Origin: an uncultured Lachnospiraceae bacterium
Lineage (GTDB): Bacteria; Bacillota; Clostridia; Christensenellales; UBA1242
Assembly (NCBI GenBank): GCA_964646345.1
Contig: CAZYDU010000001.1
Location: 112,826-176,825 of the forward strand
DNA length: 64,000 nt
Direction: 5' to 3'
Numbering within the stretch: position 1 is the stretch's first letter; each line of letters starts with the position of its first letter. The notes beneath the pieces are model-generated. The model made no database searches. It worked only from the letters and a program-made list of their open reading frames with translations, and was not told the DNA's origin. Both the position numbers and the translations under genes were made by a program. Shown here piece by piece: positions 56,546 through 64,000 of the stretch.

Positions 56546-57802
56546 TCAAACGTAATCTACCTTTTCAATATTTGCTCCTAGACTTTTTAATTTTTTATCA
56601 AAATCGAAATAACCACGTTCTACATGAAAAACTTCATCAATCACAGTTTTTCCCTTTGCAACAAGCCCAGCCAAAACGAGCCCAGCTCCACCCCTAAGGT
56701 CAGGACATGACACAAGTGCAGGTTTTAGCTTATTAACCCCAACTATTGTAGCGTAACGTTCACTAACATTAATTTTAGCACCCATTTTTAATAATTCTTG
56801 AACCACTTTAAATCTTGCTTCAAAAACAGTTTCGTGAATTATTGATGTGCCTTTTGAAATCGTTTGCATAACAAGTATCAGCGATTGCAAATCAGTTGGA
56901 AACCCCGGAAACGTACCTGTTTCAATTTTTTCAATAGATTTTAGTCTAGTAAAATTCTCTATAACTATTTTATCACTAAACAAATCAATCTTGCAACCAG
57001 AATTACGTAAAAAAACAATAAGTGGCAATAAAAATTTGGGGTCAATGCTATCAACTTCAATTCTACCACCACACATTGCCCCTGCAATTAGAAATGTGCC
57101 AGCCATAATTCTATCTCCAATGCATTCAAATTCAGTACCATGCAGTTTTTTAACCCCATAAATAACTATGGTTTCATATCCAGCACCAAAAATTTTTCCG
57201 CCCATACTATTGATAAATTTCGCCAAGTCCACAATCTCAGGTTCTCTTGCACAATTTTTTATAACAGTAATTTCCCCATCTGACAAAACAGCTGACATCA
57301 TAATATTTTCTGTTGCACCAACACTTGGAAAAGATAATTCAACTTCTCCACAAATAGTTTTGCTCGCATCTGAATAAATCAAATCATTAGCATATGAAAA
57401 TTTCACACCCAGTTCCTTTAATCCCGCAATATGTATATCTATTGGACGTTTTCCAATATCACACCCACCAGGCGAAGTGAAAATAGCTTTTTTATACCTA
57501 GCAAGTATCGGCCCAAGCATAAAAATACTTGAACGCAAAGTTTTAGTTTCCGCCATAATAACAGAAGTACTGTTAAGTGAACCTGAAATTATCAAATTGT
57601 CGTCCTGAACCTTGACACTCTTTCCTAATTTTTCCAAAATAGCCGACATTTCAATAACATCTAAGTACATCGGCACACTTTTTATTATACATTCTTCATC
57701 GCACATAATAGACCCCGCAATAATCGGGAGTATTGCATTCTTTGCAAGGTCTGTCTTAATCTTACCAAAAAGTTTATTTCCACCATTTACAATATATTTC
57801 AT
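56546..57802 (-). CDS. murA: UDP-N-acetylglucosamine 1-carboxyvinyltransferase
   Basis: AKNAILP, PGGCDIGKRPIDIH, SVGATEN, GFPTDLQ and DLRGGA motifs. Confidence 0.96.
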   Translation of the reverse strand: MKYIVNGGNKLFGKIKTDLAKNAILPIIAGSIMCDEECIIKSVPMYLDVIEMSAILEKLGKSVKVQDDNLIISGSLNSTSVIMAETKTLRSSIFMLGPILARYKKAIFTSPGGCDIGKRPIDIHIAGLKELGVKFSYANDLIYSDASKTICGEVELSFPSVGATENIMMSAVLSDGEITVIKNCAREPEIVDLAKFINSMGGKIFGAGYETIVIYGVKKLHGTEFECIGDRIMAGTFLIAGAMCGGRIEVDSIDPKFLLPLIVFLRNSGCKIDLFSDKIVIENFTRLKSIEKIETGTFPGFPTDLQSLILVMQTISKGTSIIHETVFEARFKVVQELLKMGAKINVSERYATIVGVNKLKPALVSCPDLRGGAGLVLAGLVAKGKTVIDEVFHVERGYFDFDKKLKSLGANIEKVDYV

Positions 57803-57891
57803 AAATCACCTACTAATTAGGTTATTCAAATCAAATAAAAATGTTGAAAATAAAAATCGTTTCGCATACCTTCGAATTGGTTGTACATATC

Positions 57892-57923
57892 TCGTGTCAT
57901 TTCAAGCGCAGTCGAGAAATCCC
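57892..57923 (+). repeat. Single REP-like palindromic repeat, same family as 32778-32870
   Basis: TCGTGTCATTTCAAGCGCAGTCGAGAAATCCC versus TCGTGTCATTTCGAGCG...AGTCAAGAAATCCC at 32818-32859. Confidence 0.7.
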
Positions 57924-58002
57924 ATAAATATAAAATACTACACTCTTTTAACCATACTCACACAATAAAAAAACACCCCCTTTGGAGTGTTTAATAACAA
58001 TA

Positions 58003-58863
58003 TTATCTATCTTCTTTACTTATAAAATAAACAGCCAAAGTGCCAGGACCTGAATGACAACCAATAACCGGTCCAAGATTTGTTATAATCGGTTTTAAAG
58101 GCGTTAATTCTTCAACTTTCTTTTTTAAAAGCAAAGCATCTTCCAAACAATTTGCATGTGAAATAAAACAATATTCACTATCATTATCGAATTTATTTTG
58201 CGTTAATTCAGCAATAGACGCGATAGACTTTTTTCTTGAAATCACTTTATGCATAACTTCCAACTCGCCTTTACCATTCATACGCATAACAGGTTTAATA
58301 TTTAATAAATTCCCAAAGAATGCCTTTTTGCTGTCAATCCTGCCACCATTTGCAAGGTATGTCAAAGTATCAACAGTGAATAAATGATTTAATTTATGCT
58401 TGGTTCGCTCGATATAATCCACAAGTTCATCAATACTCACGCAAGTTTTTGAATAATTTCTAGCTATAATTCCCAAAAGTCCATGTCCCGAACAAGCACA
58501 AAGTGAATCTATAACACAAATTTGAGTTTTATTTGTTTTATTAAGTTCTTCAGCAACAGTTTTTGCAACTGCACCAGTTCCACTTAAGCCACTCGAAAAA
58601 GCCAAATGCAAAATTGGTTTATTAAATTTTAAAAGCTCCTTAAAATATTCTTCATAATGATAAGCATTAATTTGAGATGTTCCAGTTTTTTTCTTTTGTA
58701 CCATTTTTTCATAAAGCATTGTTGAAACAACATCATCATTTTCGGTATTAAATTGAGTCCCATCAACTTCAAAATCCATATTAATTACAGATAAATCATA
58801 TTTTTCAATCATATCTTTATCTAAATCACAAGTTGCTTCTAACGAAATAATTACATCTAACAT
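58003..58863 (-). CDS. DegV family fatty-acid-binding protein (FakB-like)
   Basis: TSQ, FSSGLSGT, IDS, LTYLANGGRI, LNIKPV and IGCHSGPG motifs. Confidence 0.93.
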   Translation of the reverse strand: MLDVIISLEATCDLDKDMIEKYDLSVINMDFEVDGTQFNTENDDVVSTMLYEKMVQKKKTGTSQINAYHYEEYFKELLKFNKPILHLAFSSGLSGTGAVAKTVAEELNKTNKTQICVIDSLCACSGHGLLGIIARNYSKTCVSIDELVDYIERTKHKLNHLFTVDTLTYLANGGRIDSKKAFFGNLLNIKPVMRMNGKGELEVMHKVISRKKSIASIAELTQNKFDNDSEYCFISHANCLEDALLLKKKVEELTPLKPIITNLGPVIGCHSGPGTLAVYFISKEDR

Positions 58864-59044
58864 AAATTTATCCCCCTAATTACAATACACATTATAATGC
58901 AACGGGTTAAATATGTTGCTCTACTTGCAAAAAAAATTCTATATTGTTATAATTCGAACTATACCGACAATAAATCCAACTCTACTCTCAGTAGAATCGC
59001 TTAAAATAATTGACATAAATGGCTGAATTTTTATAATAAAAAAT

Positions 59045-59647
59045 ATGGAAACTATTGAAAAAATATTCTCAAAAAATTTAACAAAGTATAGGCAATCTTT
59101 AAATCTAACACAAGCTGACCTAGCAAAAAAGATAAACTATTCAGATAAATCCATTTCAAAATGGGAACGTGGCGAAGGCTTGCCGGATTTGAAAGCAACA
59201 ATCAAGATATGCGAAATTTTTGGAATAAGCATTGATGATATGTTAAAAGAAACCGATGACCATGATAAGAAAATTTCAAAAACTATTACTGCAAAAAATA
59301 AGAAACACTTGCTCATTTCACTATTATCTGCAAGTGTAGTATGGCTTATTGCAACAATCATTTACACATCTCTTTTAATTTTTAAAGTTAACGGAAAAAT
59401 TTGGTTGCCTTTTATTTATGCAATACCAACTAGTGCGATAGTGTTTACTGTTTTCAGTTCTATTTGGGCAAATATCTATTTGCAATTTTTAAGCATATCC
59501 TTAATTTTATGGGGCATGATTTTTTCGATTGCATGTTCTGTTCCAGCAGAACTCATTTGGTTTATTTCAGTAATCGGAGCTGTCGGACAAATCATGATTT
59601 TGCTATGGTTCGCATTAAAAAAACTCAAACAGAAAAAGAACAAATAA
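59045..59647 (+). CDS. XRE-family HTH regulator with four C-terminal TM helices
   Basis: LTQADLAKKINYSDKSISKWERGEGLPD HTH followed by hydrophobic segments; TTGACA (59010)...TATAAT (59032) ends 7 nt before the ATG. Confidence 0.9.
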   Translation: METIEKIFSKNLTKYRQSLNLTQADLAKKINYSDKSISKWERGEGLPDLKATIKICEIFGISIDDMLKETDDHDKKISKTITAKNKKHLLISLLSASVVWLIATIIYTSLLIFKVNGKIWLPFIYAIPTSAIVFTVFSSIWANIYLQFLSISLILWGMIFSIACSVPAELIWFISVIGAVGQIMILLWFALKKLKQKKNK

Positions 59648-59677
59648 AAATGTATACAATCTTGTATACATTTTTTT
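59646..59677. terminator. Bidirectional terminator
   Basis: AAAAATGTATACAA-TC-TTGTATACATTTTT. Confidence 0.75.
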
Positions 59678-59817
59678 ATTTTAAATTTATTAAATTAATT
59701 TAATACTAGTATCGTAATCAATTATATCATCTTCAACATAACTCTCCAACTCATTCTATTTTTAAAATTTATCTTTGCCACTAATACCATATACAACGCA
59801 GTTCGTTATGTAATTTA

Positions 59818-60936
59818 TTAATTAATACTATTTCTATGCACATTTTGCACTACTCCAAGCATTGCCATAAATATCATAATAGACGTAGACCCAGCCGAGA
59901 TAAATGGCAGTGGCAAGCCCGTTGGCGGAACTAGACCTGTTACAACCGCTATATTTAATAATACTTGTATTAAAATTAGAGAACCAATACCAGCAGAAAG
60001 CAATGAGCCAAGTCTATCTTTTGCACGTTTCGAAATTTTTATAATTATCAAAAACATGAATACAAAAAGTAAAATTATAAAAACAGACCCAACAAAACCA
60101 GTTTCTTCAGATATTATTGAAAATATAAAATCAGATTCTGAAAACGGAAGAAATAAATATTTTTGTCTTGACTTAAATAATCCCGTACCAAAAATCCCAC
60201 CAAGCGAAATTCCAAGAAGCGACTGCACTAACTGAAAACCTTCACCTTTACTAGAAGCAAAAGGGTCAACAAATGCAACAAGACGCCTTAGCCTGTAAGG
60301 TTCAACAACAATCAACAAAATAACCACCGCCATAGCTGGCAAAATCATCAAAAGAAAATGCTTTAGTTTTGCACCGCCAATAAACAACATCACAACCATC
60401 AAAACCGCCATACAAATAGTAATGGACATGTTTGGTTCTAAAATTATAAAGCAACAGTATAACACGCCAACAGCCAAAACACCTAAAATACCCCTAAATG
60501 ATTTAACCGTTTCGCTGGATTTAGATAACACACTTGAGGCAAAAATTATAAAAGCAAATTTTGCAAGCTCAGATGGTTGAAAAGTAATAACTCTTAAATT
60601 TATCCACCTAGTTGCACCATAGTTCGTTAATCCAATCCCCGGCACAAAAACAAGTCCAAGTAAAATAAAAGATACTACGACAAAAAACCATTTTAGTTTT
60701 GCAAGTTTGTGATAATCAAAAAAAGTAAAGAATAAATAAAAAACAAAACCAACAATTATTCCAAATATTTGTTTTTTTAAAAAGAAAGTTTCAGAACCAT
60801 AAGTAATTTTTGCTGAATAAAAACTAGCACTATAAACAAAAATACAACCAAGTCCTAAAAGTAAAAACATTATTGAAAAAAGAAAATAATTATGTCTCGT
60901 TTGTTTGGTCATTTTCAAAGAAAGAAGTTTCATCAC
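59818..60936 (-). CDS. ftsW: SEDS peptidoglycan polymerase FtsW/SpoVE
   Basis: GATRWI, FQPSELAK, GFQLVQS, LP.SESDFIFSIISEE and PTGLPLPFISAG motifs; exact start uncertain. Confidence 0.92.
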   Translation of the reverse strand: MMKLLSLKMTKQTRHNYFLFSIMFLLLGLGCIFVYSASFYSAKITYGSETFFLKKQIFGIIVGFVFYLFFTFFDYHKLAKLKWFFVVVSFILLGLVFVPGIGLTNYGATRWINLRVITFQPSELAKFAFIIFASSVLSKSSETVKSFRGILGVLAVGVLYCCFIILEPNMSITICMAVLMVVMLFIGGAKLKHFLLMILPAMAVVILLIVVEPYRLRRLVAFVDPFASSKGEGFQLVQSLLGISLGGIFGTGLFKSRQKYLFLPFSESDFIFSIISEETGFVGSVFIILLFVFMFLIIIKISKRAKDRLGSLLSAGIGSLILIQVLLNIAVVTGLVPPTGLPLPFISAGSTSIMIFMAMLGVVQNVHRNSIN

Positions 60937-62230
60937 ATTCTAATTCCCTGACAACCTTTTTAAAGAAATTCCCACGTTCTGCATAGCCACTAAAGAAATC
61001 AAAACTCGCACAAGCCGGAGAAAGTAAAACAACACTTTGGGGTTTAGATAGCTTAAATAGAAGCTTAGTTGCAGACACTAAATTATCACACAAATAAATG
61101 TTTTCAAATTTATATTTATTAGCAGAAAACGCAATTTTATATCTAGCTTCTCCAAAAATTGCTATATTTTTGACATTTCGTGGCAATTTTTTAAATAATT
61201 CATCAAAGCCATAACCCTTATCACTTCCACCTAAAATTAAATTTATATCATTTTTAAAACTAGAAACAGCGACTAAAGTACTAGCAATATTTGTCGCTTT
61301 ACTATCATTATAAAACTCAACACCGTTTATAGTTTTTACAAATTCTATTCTATGCTCAACTCCAGAAAAGGAAGTTATACCTTTCAGCAGTTCAACATTT
61401 CGAGTCTCCAAAAACACAGCAAGTGCACCAGCCAAGATATTTGATAAATTATGCTCGCCTTTTAATTTTGTATTAGATAAACTAAGCAATCGAATTTCTT
61501 TATTGTTGTCATTAAAATATATGCTATTATTTTTAATGTAAGAACCTAAAACTTTTTGTTTTGTGCTAAAATAATAAATTTTCGCTTTGGTTTTCGGTGG
61601 GTGTTTTTGCAAATATTCATCATCAGCATTCAATAGCAAATAATCATTCTTATCTAGATTATTTGCTATATTATATTTACATCTGATATATTCTTTCATT
61701 GTTCCATGGCGATTCAAATGATCTTCAGTTATATTTAATATTACAGCGATATGCGGTTTGAAATTTTCAACAGTCTCAAGCTGAAAACTAGATGTTTCTA
61801 ATACAAAAATTTCTCCACCTTTAATTTTATTTAAAAAACTCACAACTGGAACTCCAATATTACCACCACAAAAACAACCACCTTTATAATCTTTTAAAAG
61901 ATAGTTAATTAAGCTTACAGTTGTTGTTTTTCCATTTGTACCAGTGACCGCAATAATATCATTATTAATTTTACTTGTAGCAAATTCCAATTCTCCAAAA
62001 AACGCAATTCGTCTCCGTTTTATCTGAAATATTAACTCATTATTGCAAGATATCCCCGGACTTAAAACAACTAAATCAACATCATTCAATAAATTATTGA
62101 TATAGTTTTCATTAAAAGTTTTAGCATTTATATCATCTTCTTTTGCAAAATCATATTCAATATTCTGACCTTCAAAGTAATCAGCAAGAGCCCTTCCAGT
62201 GCACCCTAAACCCAAAATCAAAACTTTCAT
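60890..62230 (-). CDS. murD: UDP-N-acetylmuramoyl-L-alanine--D-glutamate ligase
   Basis: TGTNGKTT, ETSSFQL, DHLNRH, HRIE, NDSKATN and LSPACASFD motifs. Confidence 0.97.
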   Translation of the reverse strand: MKVLILGLGCTGRALADYFEGQNIEYDFAKEDDINAKTFNENYINNLLNDVDLVVLSPGISCNNELIFQIKRRRIAFFGELEFATSKINNDIIAVTGTNGKTTTVSLINYLLKDYKGGCFCGGNIGVPVVSFLNKIKGGEIFVLETSSFQLETVENFKPHIAVILNITEDHLNRHGTMKEYIRCKYNIANNLDKNDYLLLNADDEYLQKHPPKTKAKIYYFSTKQKVLGSYIKNNSIYFNDNNKEIRLLSLSNTKLKGEHNLSNILAGALAVFLETRNVELLKGITSFSGVEHRIEFVKTINGVEFYNDSKATNIASTLVAVSSFKNDINLILGGSDKGYGFDELFKKLPRNVKNIAIFGEARYKIAFSANKYKFENIYLCDNLVSATKLLFKLSKPQSVVLLSPACASFDFFSGYAERGNFFKKVVRELECDETSFFENDQTNET

Positions 62231-62239
62231 AAACACCCC

Positions 62240-63238
62240 CTAAAGGATATTTATCAAGATCACCACAACCCCAACAAGCAAACTCACAAGTGCATAACAA
62301 AATGTAATTCGAACTTCATGCACACCTTTCTTTTCAAAATGATGATGAAGTGGAGACATTAAAAATATCCTTTTTTTCGTCATTTTATAATATGCAACTT
62401 GCAAAATAACCGACACAGAACTTGTAACAAAAACTATACCTAAAATTGGAATATATAATTCCATTCCTGAAAAAATAGATACACTAGCAATTAAACTTCC
62501 TAGAGCCAACGAACCAGTATCCCCCATAAATATTTTTGCAGGAAAACAGTTAAACAACAAAAAGCATAGTAGAGCTCCGCAACCAACAACACTAACGATA
62601 GAAATATTTTTTAATTCTTCTATATTTGACACATTTGCAACCAAATAACCTTTTTCTATTAAAATTAATTGTAGAATTACAAAAGATAACATATAAATTA
62701 AACTAGTTGAAGTCGCCAACCCATCTAAACCATCTGTTAAATTTACTGAATTTGTTGTTGCCAAATAAACAACAGCTACCAGCGGAATAATCCACCAACC
62801 CAAGTCAATTACCTTATTACAAAAAGGAATCAAAAAAACCCCACCTAGATTTTTATAGACAAATAAACCAGCAAATACCGAAACAAGTAACTGAAAAATA
62901 ATTTTTTGATATGGTCTCAATCCAAGATTACGCTTGAATTTAAATTTAATAAAATCATCTAAAAAGCCAACAATACCATAAGCTAAAAATAATAAAATTG
63001 TTATTTTTGCATAACTTGACTCTCCATTAAAACAAATCATAGAAACAACCGAAATTGTTACCAAGAAAATTAGACCACCCATCGTTGGAGTACCATTCTT
63101 TTGTTTGTGTTCATCAACATAGTGCAAGATTGTTTGTTTAATTTTTTCACGTTTCATCAAAGAAATTAAACATGGCGAAATAATTAAAGCAAAGAAAAAC
63201 GCATATAAAAAATACTCCAACAATTTTAAATAATCCAT
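62240..63238 (-). CDS. mraY: Phospho-N-acetylmuramoyl-pentapeptide transferase
   Basis: GTPTMGG, GFLDD, NLTDGLDGLA, FMGDTGSL and PLHHHFE motifs. Confidence 0.97.
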   Translation of the reverse strand: MDYLKLLEYFLYAFFFALIISPCLISLMKREKIKQTILHYVDEHKQKNGTPTMGGLIFLVTISVVSMICFNGESSYAKITILLFLAYGIVGFLDDFIKFKFKRNLGLRPYQKIIFQLLVSVFAGLFVYKNLGGVFLIPFCNKVIDLGWWIIPLVAVVYLATTNSVNLTDGLDGLATSTSLIYMLSFVILQLILIEKGYLVANVSNIEELKNISIVSVVGCGALLCFLLFNCFPAKIFMGDTGSLALGSLIASVSIFSGMELYIPILGIVFVTSSVSVILQVAYYKMTKKRIFLMSPLHHHFEKKGVHEVRITFCYALVSLLVGVVVILINIL

Positions 63239-63241
63239 ATT

Positions 63242-64000
63242 TTACTCCAAATTATTAATTTCATCAAAATCACTATATGGCAATTTTATACCATTTTCAT
63301 CTATATAATTTTCTGCACCTTTTCCAGCAACTAAAATCAAATCCCCTTCATTTGAAATTTTATTTGCAAATTTAATCGCTTCTTTTCTATCTAAAATTAT
63401 TTTATAATTTGAATTAGTCACACCTTTTTCAATATCTTGTGCAATTTTTAATCTATCTTCAAAACGTGGATTATCTGAAGAAATTATGGTTAAATCAGCA
63501 TAAATTGATGAAATTTCGCCCATTTTTAACCTTTTTTGCGTTTCTCTATTTCCACCACAACCAAACAAACAAATTAATTTTTTATTACCAACTATCTGTT
63601 TTGCAACTTTCAAAACATTTTCAAGTCCATCTGGTGTGTGAGCATAATCAACAACAAACAGTTTCCCATTTTTTATAATGGTATTAAATCTACCCGCAAC
63701 AGGTTTTAAATTATTTAACAAAGCCTGCAAATTACAAATATTTATTTGTAATGTTTTCATAACTGCTATGCTTGATAATAAGTTATAAATATTAAACTTT
63801 CCGATAAAGTCTGTAAAATAGTTTTTATTATTAAAATAAAACTCTTGTTTAAATCTATTTAGTTTATATCTTTCCACTTTAAAGTCAGCTTCACTATCAA
63901 TAGCATATGTAAATCTATCCAAATTTATACTTTCATTTAATCTCTTTCCGTATTCATCATCAACATTAATTATCGCAGTTTTTACGTGGTCACTTGTAAA
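63242..64000 (-). CDS. murE: UDP-MurNAc-tripeptide ligase MurE, 5' part outside the window
   Basis: GRF, VDYAHTPDGL, FGCGGNR, SDNPR (meso-DAP specificity motif) and AGKG motifs. Confidence 0.93.
   Translation of the reverse strand, partial: FTSDHVKTAIINVDDEYGKRLNESINLDRFTYAIDSEADFKVERYKLNRFKQEFYFNNKNYFTDFIGKFNIYNLLSSIAVMKTLQINICNLQALLNNLKPVAGRFNTIIKNGKLFVVDYAHTPDGLENVLKVAKQIVGNKKLICLFGCGGNRETQKRLKMGEISSIYADLTIISSDNPRFEDRLKIAQDIEKGVTNSNYKIILDRKEAIKFANKISNEGDLILVAGKGAENYIDENGIKLPYSDFDEINNLE

Noticed and set aside
471-63678. Many short opposite-strand or off-frame ORFs in the track (e.g. 471-740, 8452-8817, 37020-37472, 45444-45959)
   Set aside because: They are nested in well-supported housekeeping genes and lack RBS or motifs, as expected for shadow ORFs

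Overview
AT-rich core-chromosome segment of an endospore-forming, probably genome-reduced Clostridia-type bacterium (taxon inferred from gene content only). Most genes are on the minus strand. In minus-strand order: dcw/sporulation block (murE partial, mraY, murD, ftsW/spoVE, degV, murA, ftsQ, ftsA, ftsZ, spoIIGA, sigE, an inverted sigG, ylmC, nrdR, rluA-type, DUF1614-like, spoIIP, der, plsY, spoIVA); an accessory region (about 28-42 kb) with nine tRNAs, small XRE-regulated cassettes, lipoproteins and enzymes; then metG, rsmD, ylbJ, tmcAL, pta-ackA, rpmF-plsX-rnc-smc-ftsY-ylxM-ffh-rpsP-khpA, an inserted aspS, and rimM-trmD-rbgA-rnhB-yraN-rplS-comM-dprA. No CRISPR array, integrase, transposase or rRNA was seen. 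The strongest unexplained signals are: (1) a ~135-nt rod-shaped RNA in the leader of tRNA-Lys(CTT) whose apical loop is a perfect anti-Shine-Dalgarno; (2) a ~300-bp gene-free, multi-hairpin element at the 3' end of tRNA-Leu(CAG), bounded by a 25-bp att-like direct repeat; (3) an XRE plus zinc-ribbon membrane-protein cassette flanked by identical 33-bp hairpin repeats; (4) inversion of sigG so that it converges on sigE. All calls come from reading the sequence and recognising motifs; no searches or folding programs were run.
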